DNA of 64,000 bases from the human T2T-CHM13v2.0 reference genome, Homo sapiens: the NCBI RefSeq assembly GCF_009914755.1, contig NC_060926.1; one strand, 5' to 3'. Of the stretch, positions 30,309-48,800 are shown piece by piece (position 1 is the stretch's first letter; each line of letters starts with the position of its first letter). The translations under genes and the position numbers were made by a program. A model generated the notes under the pieces. That model ran no database searches. It was not told the origin of the DNA and saw nothing but the letters and a program-made list of their open reading frames with translations.

Positions 30309-30670
30309 TCTACTTACCACAGAGTGAACTAGGATCTAAATCCAAGTCTGTCCAACTCCAAATCTAGTGAAGAATCCAGGGTTTAGATCCACATCTGATT
30401 TTGAAGTTCATGATCTCATATCACCACCTCACTCTATCATTAATCTAAAACTTCTTTATTCATTCTGTCTCCCCAATCAATATCATACACTCTGCTTTAT
30501 TTATTTCCTGGAATGTGACTATCTGAAGTCGTTTTTTCATTTACTGGTTTACTTATTTATGGACATCCCCCTTCACTTGACTATGATCTCCTTAGGGGGG
30601 ATTTTGTCTCATTTACCAATGCATCACTAGTTATCAATATCAAATAGTAATCAATAATTATTTATTCAGG

Positions 30671-30981
<311 letters not shown>

Positions 30982-31182
30982 TCAATAGCTAAATGAATAT
31001 GAACATTTTCTATTTCAGCTCCACAGCCTCTGAAAACTGTTGATGCAAAGCAAAAAGACTTTAGCCAAAATTTTAATATAGGCTTTTTCAAACACACAGT
31101 CAAGTGGAAAGAATAACATGATAAAATCCATATAAACTCCAAATGAATTCTGAATTCAGTTACTTTTAGAATTTTCCGTATT

Positions 31183-31460
31183 TGGCAGAGGTTGGTGGCA
31201 CATGCCTGTAATCCCAACACTTTGGGAGCAGGCAGATCACCTGAGGTCAGGAGTTTGAGACCAGCCTGGCCAACACGGCGACACCCCATCTCTACTAAAA
31301 ATACAAAAATTAGCCAGACGTGGTGTCATGCATCTGTAATGCCAGCTACGCAGGTGGCTGAGGCATAGAATTGTTCGAACCTCTGAGGCTGAGGTTGCAG
31401 TAAGCCCAGATGGCACTACTACACTCCAGCCTGGGTGACCAAAAAAAGAAGAAGAAGAAG
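31183..31460 (+). mobile_element. AluS with a small internal deletion and a (gaa)n tail
   Basis: Alu dimer with approximate TSD agaattttccgtatt / agaattcttccatatt. Confidence 0.9.
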
Positions 31461-31559
31461 AATTCTTCCATATTCTCTCTCTCTTCTTTAATTTCTATTT
31501 TATTTTATAAACATATCAAAAATTGGCAACCATTTAACATTTATAAGATATGAGGGACA

Positions 31560-32100
31560 TATGCCAACAAGTAAAAGATCAAAACCCATGAGTATCCAAT
31601 GGAAAAACTATTACATAAAGAGATGATCAACCACACTGATTTTTATGTGGATGCAAATTAAAACATGAGGCACCACTTTATATACATCACTTTGACAAAA
31701 ACTAGAAATATCACCAAATGTTTGTGAGATTATGGAGAAATAGGAATCTTGTGCATCGTGGCAGGCATGAAGAGCAACAGAGCCCTTTTAGTCTGGCAGT
31801 GTGAACTGTGGTATGGAATGTGCATCGCCTAAGACACAGCAATCCTTCTCCTCAGTATATGTCCAGAGAAATATGTGCAGAGATACCAAAGGAGTTGTGT
31901 GTCATTATGTTTATCACAGCATTATTTGTGATAGAAGGAAGTTGGAAGCAATTTAGGTGCACTTTGCTAGGGAAATAAAGTAGAATAAATGTGTACTATG
32001 GAATACTATGATCAGAGCAAAATGACACATAGGAAAATAGGCATAAATCAAGAAAACATAGTGAAGAATAAGAAAATCAAAAAATGAATGAGATTAAAAT
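31560..32100 (+). mobile_element. Very old L1M (L1ME-like) 3' fragment
   Basis: 'atgcaaattaaaacatgaggcaccacttta', 'gacacagcaatccttctcctcagtatatgtccagagaaa', 'actatggaatactatg'. Confidence 0.65.
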
Positions 32101-32502
32101 ACGCTATCACTTATATAAATATAAAGCATACAAATATAAAACAATATTTTATATTTTTCAGATTCCATATATATACATATATATGTGTAATCTGAAAAAA
32201 TACATATATCCAAATGCAGTTGAGTGGTCAGGGGTGGCTTGAAAATAACAAGAAGATAAAAGGTGAACAAAGAGAAAAGAGGATAGCATACCATGAACAG
32301 AGGAATTTGATTGATTTTGTTTTCTGCAGATAATTTTTTAACTTCTCAATAAAATAAAATAAAAGTAATGTAAAACTCTACTTAGTTCATTTGCAAATTT
32401 CTGCCTGTCATAAACCTTGTGCCCATCAACAATGCATAATTTCCTAATGGTTGATCATTTCTGTATATAATTACTTTTCTGTTAAGAACTCTTGGGCTTG
32501 CA

Positions 32503-33175
32503 AAATAGACCCCAAATAGCCAATTCAATCCTAAGCAAAAAGAACAAAGCTGGAGGCATCACGTTACCCTACCTCAAACTATACTACAGGGCTACAGTAA
32601 TCAAAATAGCATGGTACCAGTACAAAAACAGACACACAGACCAATGGAACAGAATAGAGAACCCAGAAATAAGACTGTATACCTGCCACTATCTAATCTT
32701 TGACAAATCTGACAAAAACAAGCAATGGATAAATTTATTGAATGGGGAAAAGATTTTCCATTCAATAAATAATGCTGGGATAACCGGCTAGCCATATGCC
32801 AAAGTTTAAAACTGGACCCCTTCCTTACACATTATACAAAAATTTACTCAAGATGGATTAAAGGCTTAATTACAAAACCCAAAACTATAAAAACCCAGAA
32901 GACAACCTAGACAATATCATTCAGGACATAGGCATGGGCAAAGATTTCATGACAAAGACACCAAAAGCAATTGCAACAAAAGCAAAAATTGACAAATGGG
33001 ATCTAATTAAAGAGCTTCTGCACATCAAAAGAAACAATCAACAGACTAAACAGACAACTACAGAATGGGAGAAAAATTTTTGCAACCTATGCATCCTACA
33101 AAGGGCTAATGTTCAGCATCTACAAGGAACTTTAACAATTTCCAAGAAAAAACAACCCCATTAAAAACTGGTTGA
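32503..33175 (+). mobile_element. 5'-truncated L1PA13-like element, left part
   Basis: Peptides [15 protein letters not shown] and [23 protein letters not shown]. It continues at 39589. Confidence 0.9.
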
Positions 33176-34078
33176 GGAGGAGCCAAGATGGCCGAATAGG
33201 AACAGCTCCAGTCTACAGCTCCCAGCGTGAGCGACGCAGAAGACGGGTGATTTCTGCATTTCCATCTGAGGTACCGGGTTCATCTCACTAGGCAGTGCCA
33301 GACAGTGGGCGCAGGTCAGTGGGTGCGCGCACCATGTGCAAGCCGAAGCAGGGCGAGGCATTGCCTCACTTGGGAAGCGCAAGTGGTCAGGGAGTTCCCT
33401 TTCCGAGTCAAAGAAAGGGGTAAAGGACGCACCTGGAAAATCGGGTCACTCCCACCCGAATACTGCGCTTTTCCGACCGGCTTAAAAAACGGCGCACCAC
33501 GAGATTATAAGCCGCACCTGGCTCGGAGGGTCCTACTCACAGGGAGTCTCGCTGATTGCTAGCACAGCAGTCTGAGATCAAACTGCAAGGCGGCAGCGAG
33601 GCTGGGTGAGGGGCGCCCGCCGTTGCCCAGGCTTGCTTAGGTAAACAAAGCAGCCGGGAAGCTCGAACTGGGTGGAGCCCACCACAGCTCACGGAGGCCT
33701 GCCTGCCTCTGTAGGCTCCACCTCTGGGGGCAGGGCACAGACAAACAAAAAGACAGCAGTAACCTCTGCAGACTTAAATGTCCCTGTCTGACAGCTTTGA
33801 AGAGAGCAGTGGTTCTCCCAGCACGCAGCTGGAGATCTGAGAACGGGCAGACTGCCTCCTCAAGTGGGTCCCTGACCCCTGACCCCCGAGCAGCCTAACT
33901 GGGAGGCACCCCCCAGCAGGGGCACACTGACACCTCACACGGCAGGGTATTCCAACAGACCTGCAGCTGAGGGTCCTGTCTGTTAGAAGGAAAACTAACA
34001 AACAGAAAGGACATCCGCACCAAAAACCCATCTGTACATCACCATCATCAAAGACCAAAAGTAGATAAAACCACAAAG
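33174..34078. promoter_or_regulatory. L1 5'UTR CpG island with sense and antisense promoter; YY1 site intact
   Basis: The only CpG-dense ~900-bp stretch in the window. The YY1 motif 'caagatggcc' is at 33184-33193. Confidence 0.8.
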
Positions 34079-35092
34079 ATGGGGAAAAAACAGAACAGAA
34101 AAACTGGAAACTCTAAAACGCAGAGCACCTCTCCTCCTCCAAAGGAACGCAGTTCCTCACCAGCAACGGAACAAAGCCGGATGGAGAATGACTTTGATGA
34201 GCTGAGAGAAGAAGGCTTCAGACGATCAAATTACTCTGAGCTACGGGAGGACATTCAAACCAAAGGCAAAGAACTTGAAAACTTTGAAAAAAATTTAGAA
34301 GAATGTATAACTAGAATAACCAATACAGAGAAGTGCTTAAAGGAGCTGATGGAGCTGAAAACCAAGGCTCGAGATCTACGTGAAGAATGCAGAAGCCTCA
34401 GGAGCTGATGCGATCAACTGGAAGAAAGGGTATCAGCAATGGAAGATGAAATGAATGAAATGAAGCGAGAAGGGAAGTTTAGAGAAAAAAGAATAAAAAG
34501 AAATGAGCAAAGCCTCCAAGAAATATGGGACTATGTGAAAAGACCAAATCTACGTCTGATTGGTGTACCTGAAAGTGATGGGGAGAATGGAACCAAGTTG
34601 GAAAACACTCTGCAGGATATTATCCAGGAGAACTTCCCCTATCTAGCAAGGCAGGCCAACGTTCAGATTCAGGAAATACAGAGAACGCCACAAAGATACT
34701 CCTCGAGAAGAGCAACTCCAAGACACATTGTCAGATTCACCAAAGTTGAAATGAAGGAAAAAATGTTAAGGGCAGCCAGAGAGAAAGGTCGGGTTACCCT
34801 CAAAGGGAAGCCCATCAGACTAACAGTGAATGTCTCGGCAGAAACCCTACAAGCCAGAAGAGAGTGGGGGCCAATATTCAACATTCTTAAAGAAAAGAAT
34901 TTTCAACCCAGAATTTCATATCCAGCCAAACTAAGCTTCATAAGTGAAGGAGAAATAAAATACTTTACAGACAAGCAAATGCTGAGAGATTTTGTCACCA
35001 GCAGGCCTGCCCTAAAAGAGCTCCTGAAGGAAGCGCTAAACATGGAAAGGAACAACCGGTACCAGCCACTGCAAAATCATGCCAAAATGTAA
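34079..35092 (+). pseudogene. L1 ORF1p, disrupted
   Basis: Reads MGKKQNRKTGNSKTQS...QPLQNHAKM. It has a premature TGA at 34406-34408 and one deleted codon (RHIVRF versus RHIIVRF). Confidence 0.96.
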
Positions 35093-35140
35093 AGACCATC
35101 AAGACTAGGAAGAAACTGCATCAACTAACGTGCAAAATAA

Positions 35141-38982
<3,842 letters not shown>

Positions 38983-39189
38983 ACAATGAGATCACATGGA
39001 CACAGGAAGGGGAATATCACACTCTGGGGACTGTGGTTGGGTTGGGGGAGCGGGGAGGGATAGCACTGTGAGATATACCTAATGCCAGATGACGAGTTAG
39101 TGGGTGCAGCGCACCAGCATGGCGCATGTATACATATGTAACTAACCTGCACAATGTGCACATGTACCCTAAAACTTAAAGTATAATAA

Positions 39190-39220
<31 letters not shown>

Positions 39221-39270
39221 AGGAAAAAGAAAAGAAAAAAGGAGAAAAGAAAAAAAAAGTGGTTGAAGGA

Positions 39271-39588
<318 letters not shown>

Positions 39589-40500
39589 TTAAAAGTGGGT
39601 AAAGGATATGAACAGACACTTCTCAAAAGAAGACATACATGGGGCCAACAATCATGAAAAAAAGCTCAACATCACTGATCATTAGAGAAATGTAAATCAA
39701 ATTCACTATGTGATATCATCTCACACCAGTCACATTGACTTTCATTAAAAAGTCAAAAAATAACATATGCTGGCAAGATTGTGGAGAAAAGGATCACTTA
39801 TACACTGTTTATGGGAGTGTAAATTAGTTCAGCCATTGTAGAAGACGATGTGGTGATTCCTCAAAGACCTAAAAACAGAAATACTATTTGACCCAGCAAT
39901 CTCATTGCTGTGTATAAAGGAATATAAATTGTTCTATTATAAAGACAGATGCATGCATATGTTCATTGCAGCACTATTCATAATAGCAAAGACATGGAAT
40001 CAACTTAAATGCCCATCAGTGATAGACTGGATGAAGAAAATATGGTACATATACACATTTGTGGTGATTTTCCAAAACAGTCAGTAGACAAAATATACCT
40101 GTTATAGCTCCATAGTGGAATATTATGCAGTCATAAAAAAGAAAGAGATCATGTCCTTTGCAGGGACATGGATGGAGCTGGGAGCCGTTATCCTTAGCAA
40201 ACTAACACAGGAACAGAAAAACAAATACTGCATGTTCTCACTTATAAGTGGGAGCTAAATGATGAAAAAACATGGATGTATAGAGGGAAACAACATACAC
40301 TGGGGCCCATCAGAAGGTGGAGGGTGGAAGCAGGGAGAGGATCAGGAAACATAACTAATGGGTACTAGGCTTAATACCTGGGTGATGAAATAATCTGTAC
40401 AACAAACCCCATGACACAAGTTTATCTAGGTAACAAACCTGCACATGTACCCCTGAACTTAAAATGAAAGTTAAAAAAAAATAGAAATAAAATAAAAAAT
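39589..40500 (+). mobile_element. L1PA13-like element, right part with 3'UTR and poly(A)
   Basis: Resumes at 'aaaagtgggtaaaggatatgaacagacac' and ends 'gcacatgtacccctgaacttaaaatgaaagttaaaaaaaa'. Confidence 0.9.
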
Positions 40501-40842
40501 TTAATTTTTGAAAAAACTTAGGTCTTCCACTATAAAACTCATGCTTATGAGAACATGTATGGATATGTTTAGATCAATAAGAAATATTATTCTATACTCA
40601 CAAAACTGAATTAAAGGATGAGAGCTTCACAAATAATAGGATAAACTGATATCATTTATACCTCTTGACATGCGATGCACTGAGAAAAACACAATACCAT
40701 TTATGTAGCATTCTTGCCAAAGATCTGAACCTGTATTTAATAGTGAAGAAAAAAATCAGAACATGACCATACGCCTGGACTTTTCAAAAATGCCAATATC
40801 ATTAAAGACCAAAAAAAAAAAAAAAAGAGTGCTGCTCTAGAT

Positions 40843-41490
<648 letters not shown>

Positions 41491-42029
41491 CCAGATTAGT
41501 AGTGATTAAAAACACATAACTTGATCATCGAATGACTCAAGATAAGAGGAATAAGAACAGTATTTGAACAACTGAGAAAATTTCAATATAGGCTATATAT
41601 TAGATTAAAAGCATTGTAGCTATGTAAAATTTCTCTGGTCTTGTATTTCTATAAGAAAATCTTCTTGTTCTCAGTAAATATGTGTAAATATATACCAAAA
41701 TATTAGCAGTGCAGTTTCATGATGTCTGCAACATACTTTCAAATATTTCAGAGAAAAACTGTGTGTGTTTGTGTGTATATGTGAAAAGACAGAGAAAGCA
41801 AATGTGGCAAAATGTTAATAATTAGTGAACGTAGGTAAAGGGTATATGGTTGTTCTATTTTTTTCAAATTCTTATTGAAGTTAACATTTTTCAAAATAAA
41901 AGGCTGGGAGACAAAAGAACGTTAAGAGAAAACAAAGGATACAATAGATTTTTAAAAAATGATCATTTTCTTTTGAGTTTTCAGGAAGTGATAATATTTT
42001 CCCCAAATGCATTAGCTCATTCTCTTCCT

Positions 42030-43180
42030 GAGGAAACACTAATAGTAAAATGGATTTTCCCAGCTCAGCTGAGGAATCTAGGACCCATTCTTAATTCCTC
42101 TCCTTCCCTTACCATATCAAATCCATCTTCAAAGAATATCCAGAACCTGATTCCACTCCACTGCCACCATTCTGGCTCAATCCACCATCATTTGTCACTT
42201 GATGCTACAATAGCCTCCTTGCTGGTCTCTTTGCTTTCTCTCTCCACCAAGTAGCTTTTTAATTCATGATTTTATCATCCTAAATAAGATCATGAGACTT
42301 TTCCAAACTTTCCCATGCTTTCACATCTCATTTAAATAAAATGAAAATCCTATAGATCAGTGGTCCCTAATATTTTTGGCCCCAGGGACTGGTTTCAAGG
42401 AAGACAGTTTTTCCGTGGGAAGGGACAGTGTGGGGATAGTTTGGGGATTAAACTGTTCCACCTCAGATCATCAGGCATTAGATTATCATAAGGAGAGTGC
42501 AACCTAGATCCCTTGCATGAGCAGTTCACAATAGGGTTCCTGTCCTATGAGAATCTAATGCCACCACTGATCTGACAGGAGGCGGAGCTCAGGAGGTAAT
42601 GCTCGCTAGCCCGCTGCTCACCTCCTGCTGTGCCACCCAGTTTTTAATAGGCCACAGACCGGTATTCGTATCCGTCCAAGGCCCAGGGGTTAGGGACCCC
42701 CAGGTATAGGTAACCTGTAAGACCTGTACAACATGGCCTTTCCTCATCTCCCTAACATTATCTCCAACCACTCTTTCTCTCACATGCATAAAACATTTTG
42801 CCATATCAAGATCTTTATATTCTCTGTTTATTACTCCTGCCTATTCCCAAGTCTTTTTACGTCCAAAATCTTCATTTTGCATCACATCAGTATTCTGCCC
42901 AGATTTGCCTCCCCAAGGAGAATTGTCTTCACCAGTCTATCTAAAATAACCAAAATTCTTTCTACCAGTCACTCTCTATTTCCTTAATGTGATTTATTTT
43001 CCCCACAGATTAATGAAAGTATGGAATTATATCTGTTTACATGCTTATTGTTTGTTTGTCATAGGCTTCTGGCATTTACACATTAGAATGTAAACTCCAT
43101 AAGGGAAAATATTATTTTACCCATTCATTGTCATATTGTCATGTAACCATATATTTGCTGAATGTATGCTCATTAAATTC
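42030..43180 (+). mobile_element. L2 LINE 3' fragment
   Basis: 'gccaccattctggctcaatccaccatcatttgtcacttgatgctacaatagcctccttgctggtctc', 'ttagaatgtaaactccataaggg', 'atatttgctgaatg'. Confidence 0.7.
42358..42703 (+). mobile_element. MER1B hAT-Charlie MITE
   Basis: 'cagtggtccctaatatttttggccccagggactggtttc...aaactgttccacctcagatcatcaggcattagat...ggggttagggacccc'. Imperfect 8-bp TSD ctatagat/gtataggt. Confidence 0.9.
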
Positions 43181-45282
43181 ATTTATTCAATGCTTATTTA
43201 TTGAATACCTAATATATGAGAGGCGCTGCTATGGTTACTTAATCCACATTAGTGAATAAAACAAAAACACATGCCCTCACAGAGCTTACATTTCTATCAA
43301 GGAAGAACATTCTAAAGTATATGGAAGGAAAAGGGTCATGGGAAGGATGAGTGCATGTCTATTTGGATAAGTGTCAAAGTGACTTTCCAAAACACTTAGT
43401 AGACAACACATACCCATTACAGCTCAATTAATGATTAACCTCAGTATTGAAAATGTGGAAGTTGTTTAAAATTGGATGGGGGTTGCAACTGAAAAGGAGA
43501 TTTGTGGACAGAGAGGGGGGTTAGGAGGCCCAGAGAAAACACTATTGGGATTGGAAAGCATGAGAGATTACGTTTTCTGGCAATGTCAAGAACGACAAGA
43601 ATATAAAGGAATTAGCTGATGTTAGGATTCCAGCTGGGCCACTGGTGTGATGTGGGGCCTGACTGGTGAGGGATAGGGGTTGTGGCAGTTCTGAATAAGA
43701 AAGGACATAAGCTCTGTCTCCCCGAGATCTCCTGACTTCTTCCTGTCCTGGGGAGATGAATTCAGATTGAAGCTGCTCAAGACTAGTGTACAATAAACTG
43801 TTGGCTGTTAAAAGACTCACACTGACTTCTCTGTCCTCATTCAGTTACAAACAATACATCTGGATTTTCTCAGCTTGAGTAAAGCTACCAACCAACCTAA
43901 CCCTTCCTATTTCAATAATAACACTTCCTCTCTTATATGTGGGCCCCAACATTCTCAGATCTTACTCTGTCTACCTAACCTTCTATCTTCTTTCCATTGC
44001 TCTTTCTCCCATTTCCCTGGCCTGCTCAGTAGCGACAATCCCATCAATTTGTATCTTACCCCAAACTTTCACTTCACTCCCATCCCCAAAACAACTGCAA
44101 TCTCATAGCCCAGAGTTACTTCTGGCCCTAAATCTGCACCACCGCTAGAGGTGAGGAGTTTAGAAAAGCTGAACGAACAGCTAGAGGACTGCTCAATGTT
44201 CCATATCTTGTATCAAATGCTTTATGAAAACCTTAATCTATTTGCAACAACCCTACAACACAAGTATATTCACAATTACTATATTCACAATTACCTAGGA
44301 AGTAACTAAAATTTATAACAGTTGAACTGGGATTCAAATCCAGAAAGGCCACCTCTAAAAATATTCTCTAGATTTTGGAGAACTTAGAAAAGAAAGCACC
44401 AAAAACTAGATTTTATTGTTTAAAGGAAAAATTAATTTTTATTTGTTGAATATCTTACAATTATGGCAAAATCTGACTATATATTTTATCCTTAGTCTTC
44501 ATAGTTGCTTGCTCACAGGATAAAATATTCTGTTCAACAGTCAAAAACAAAACAGAAAAAACATTAGTGGAGATTTTAAAAGCTCAACATTAAATTCTGA
44601 AAATTATAGACCAGCAAAATTATGGAATGCTTGCAGAACTGACACCTTGCGAGCACTTAGAAAATGACAGTCGCTAAATTCCAGCATACATTCACTAATA
44701 ATACATCATTGTGTATTTTTAGAAGTTATCATTGAGTGAGTAAATGAATGAAGGAATATCTGGCCCAACCAAATATCTATTTTAATAGAATTACTATACT
44801 AGTAGATATAGAGAATAGCAAATTACAGTGCATTATGTTTCAGCAAGAGATTGGACGGACACTATCCTTTGGCCCAGATGGAAAAATGTAAAGCAGATGA
44901 TAACAGTTTCACACATATGCAGCTAATTTCCTGAATAGATCTAGAAAATATGTATTTCTAGGCAATAAAACCTTTACCTTCATCATGACTTTATCTACCT
45001 GTGATGCACATAAATCTCTACACTTCTAATAACCCTGAATCCATATTTAATCTGCCACAAATATTAGAATATTTGATAATTGGCCTTTTGGAGAAATCCG
45101 TTAATATACTTTGAGGAACAGATATGTTATGAATACAACTGGAAAGCTTGCAATAAACTTTCTAATTCCTTTCAGTAGAGTTGTAAGCACTGTGTAGAAT
45201 AGCCAAAACAAACATCTGTCAATTAACCCAATAAATTAGCCATAAATATTACAAATTTTTGCTACCAGTAAAGTTTTGGGGT

Positions 45283-45585
45283 TTTGGTTTGTTTTTTTCC
45301 TTTTGAGACAGGGTCTCCTCTGTCTCCCAGGCTGAAGTGCAGTGGTGTGATCATGACTAACTGCAGCCTGGACCTCCCGGGCCCAAGCGATCCACCCACC
45401 TCAGCCTTCTGAATAGCTAGGAGTACAGCCGTGCACCACCATGCCCGGATAATTTTTGTATTTTGAGTAGACACGGGGTTTTGCCACATTGCCCAGACTT
45501 GTCTCAAACTCCCGGGCTCAAGTAATCTGCTCGCCTAGGCCTCCCAAAGTGCTGGGATTACACGCGTGAGCCGCCGCGCCCAGCC
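45283..45585 (-). mobile_element. AluJ
   Basis: J diagnostics 'gagacagggtctc', 'ctgcagcctggacctcccgggc', 'ctcccgggctcaag'. Confidence 0.92.
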
Positions 45586-45744
45586 AAAGTTTACTTTAAA
45601 TAAAGCCAATTTATCAAATTTAAAATCTAATTTTTTTCATATTTAGCTCTTCCTTTGTAGTAGCTGTAGTATGTTTGTCATTCTGTGTCAGTAGTAAAAG
45701 CATCTCTAGTAGTATAAGCATTCAATTCCCCAATTCTCATAATA

Positions 45745-45840
45745 TTTTTTTTTTGAGACAGGGTCCCCCTCTGCTACCCAGGCTAGAGTGCGGTGGTGCA
45801 ATTATAGCTCACTGCAGCCTCAAACTCCTGAGCTTAAGCA
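45745..45840 (-). mobile_element. Truncated AluJ/FLAM-like fragment
   Basis: Poly(T) followed by 'gagacagggtc...attatagctcactgcagcctcaaactcctgagcttaagc'. Confidence 0.85.
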
Positions 45841-48800
45841 ATAATTTATTTTAATAATATTCACCTTTATAAAAAATTTACTATATGCCTGGTATTGTGC
45901 TAATTGTTTTACATATTTTTCCCTCATTCATACACAATCATATAAGGTAAAGATTTTTATACTCATTTTATAAACAGTGAGACTGCATCTGTGAAGTCCA
46001 TTCTTGGGATGAAACAAAAAGTTTAAATGTTAAACAATATTATATAGAATTTATGAACTTTTAAATTTCTTTTTAATTACCATTCAAAAATCCAGAATTT
46101 GGGTTTATGCTAGGAAAATAATCCTAGCATGTGCACACACACGAATAGATGTATATGTGCATATATGCATATATATTTCTGCACTTTATGTGTATCTTTT
46201 TTTTATAAATCAGAAAATTTAAGTGGGCTAACTTTATATTTTATAAATGTAGTCGATGTTTTCCCCAGAATATGAGCACATAATTGGTTTGCACTTGCAA
46301 TAAACACTACCCTTTCCTTTGCTTTTCTCTGTTAAAAAATAGTGAAATAGGCTTGAGAATATTTTTACAATGAAAAAAATAATTGGTGCGAAATTTATTT
46401 AATCAACATACATCGCAATCTTCAACTCTATTTTTTCAAGATGAACTGGTATTTCTTCTATATTATGAACTCTGAGATTTTTCATAAATATTAAAATTTT
46501 TCTGTAGTTTTTGGCATAACTCTCAATTCTCTCTTCTCAATAGATCTAATTTTGATTTGTTAAATGTCCATTTTATTGACCTTTATGGTTTTATATTTGA
46601 TAATTACTATAAAGCCTTTTGTCCTTACCTCTGTGATTCTGAATCTTTCTAAAGCTTTGATTCCTTATCTTTTGTTTTATTCTTAAAATCATGCCTAACT
46701 TTAAATAATTTTACATGTTTATAGCTATAAATGAATCTGTGATTAGCTAATAACGCTGTCTCAAAGCCAAAATTGAAAATTGCTATTCTAATTATATCAT
46801 CTATCAAAAATATTTTGTAAGATCAGCATGATAATTCACCACTTTCCTTTTTTACTGTATTTTAAAGTACCGTTAGCTTGTTGATCTACCTATGCTATTT
46901 AATATTTTGAAATCCTAAGAGACTGGATGCCCACAGAGCGACAGTAGATTAAGCTCCCTGGATACAGTTTTTTTGCATTGATGCACCACTGGTGCTATAT
47001 TAAAATCAATTGTGTATACAATATATTTAATTTGTTTCTTCACTAGTTACCTGCTCATTTTAGGCTCCTCTGATTTACCTAATTCTTTAGTTTTCCACAG
47101 TCTTTCTTCTTTATGATCTTCAGGGACAGCATTAATATATTTTTAAGTTATTATATCTTATTAAGTAAAAGAATTACTATGTTCATTTATTTTTAATGAT
47201 GCATAAGCCTTGTTTCTTTTGGGCTAACTAGGGAAGATTTCCTCCTAAGAATAGCCAGTGAAATAAGAACAAAATAAGAGCAGCCTACCTGTGTGTAAAC
47301 TCATAGGTATTTGAAAAATCAAAGGTCGAAAGTTAGCAAAAGAAAAGGTGCAAGGTGAAGACACATTTTCTTGTCAATAATATGTGGGTTAAAGAAAACT
47401 GACCCCAAAATAATTTCTGTGTGAAGCTGATTTATTTTTATAACATGAAAACTTTACACTGTTTTTTATTATCACATCACTATCTCTGAATTTTTAGGAA
47501 GAGGTTTTTTTTTATTATTTGACTATAATCAACTTTCTTCCATTTATTCGACATTGCTCAAAGTCAATTAGACTAAAGACTAATTCTTTCAAGCTACTAC
47601 CTTTCATATACAATCTCAGGTGATTTCAGATCTGATGATGTGATGACTAGACACTCAATATTCACCAGTTTCCATCTTATTTATCACACTTGGTTCATTT
47701 CCAAGGACTAAAGGCCTGAGTCATTAAAAATTATATGCCCCATTTAAGCAGGTTTTCTGCATACTTTACTCAGGGAAAAATGTTGAATACATTTTCCCCC
47801 ATGTAAAATGACGTCTGTTTTATGATTTATCAACATTTAAACCTGGTATATAACTGGATGCCTCTATGCCTCATACACTAGTAGTGCATAATTTCTGAAA
47901 ACAGCAAACTTAAGCAATGAAGGCATCCCTGCACAATGCCCCGCACACACCCCCAGGCATTTATTCTTGGGGGAAAATTTTCCAGAGTTGTATATTTCTA
48001 GTAACAGTGTATGGATTTTAACCTGCTTTCCTTAAATATCGAAACTAGGACACCCTTCCCTCAGGGGAAATTTACTCCACTGATTGTTTCAAAATAACAG
48101 ATAATTTGAACTCCATTTTCTGTGTATATTGTTGAAAATTAAACTATATGTTTTCTAATAGGATTTAAGTGAATGTGTATTTTAAAAGTGTCTGAGAGAT
48201 AACATTATTCAAGAGAAGAAATTATTAACTATATCAACTAATATTCTAGCAAATAAAATCATAGCTATAGAACATAAAAATACAGCTAACATTTATGATA
48301 ACTTTTAATCCACACAGCTATCCTATAAAGCAAATTAGTATTATTATTATCCTCATTTTACAGGTAAGGAATCCAAGAATCAGAAGACTGATAAATATAT
48401 CAAAGATTCCTCAGCTGTGCTAGCTTTAATAAGTAGTGAACACAGTGTTCTAAGGATTAGGTGTCAGGACTCCATCACTATGCTATTTTCTCACCCATTC
48501 TCTATTGCTCTATTTTGGAAACTTTCATACTTTTATTTCTTCATTACTACGTTAACAACTTCATCTTTTCTTACCTATGGTCTTCAAAATAATCACTTTA
48601 AGATTCTCTCCAATAATTGCGCGATTAGCAAAGCTAAGAAATATTTATTCTTACATTTTTACATTTTCACGCTTTTATGTTTGATATGAGAATACATTTG
48701 GTTTTCAGTAAGAGGAGGAAATATTACCATCTAAGCAATACTGTTTTCAACTTCATGAACACAATATGTCTTTCCATTTGCCTAAATTTTCTTTAATTTT

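Noticed and set aside
44978-44998. Possible 21-nt minus-strand micro-exon (VDKVMMK)
   Set aside because: The polypyrimidine tract is poor, and it would introduce a stop in the phase required between the 50155 and 25617 candidates.
47289-47398. Possible minus-strand exon with donor CAG|gtaggc
   Set aside because: The acceptor is weak and all three frames contain stops.
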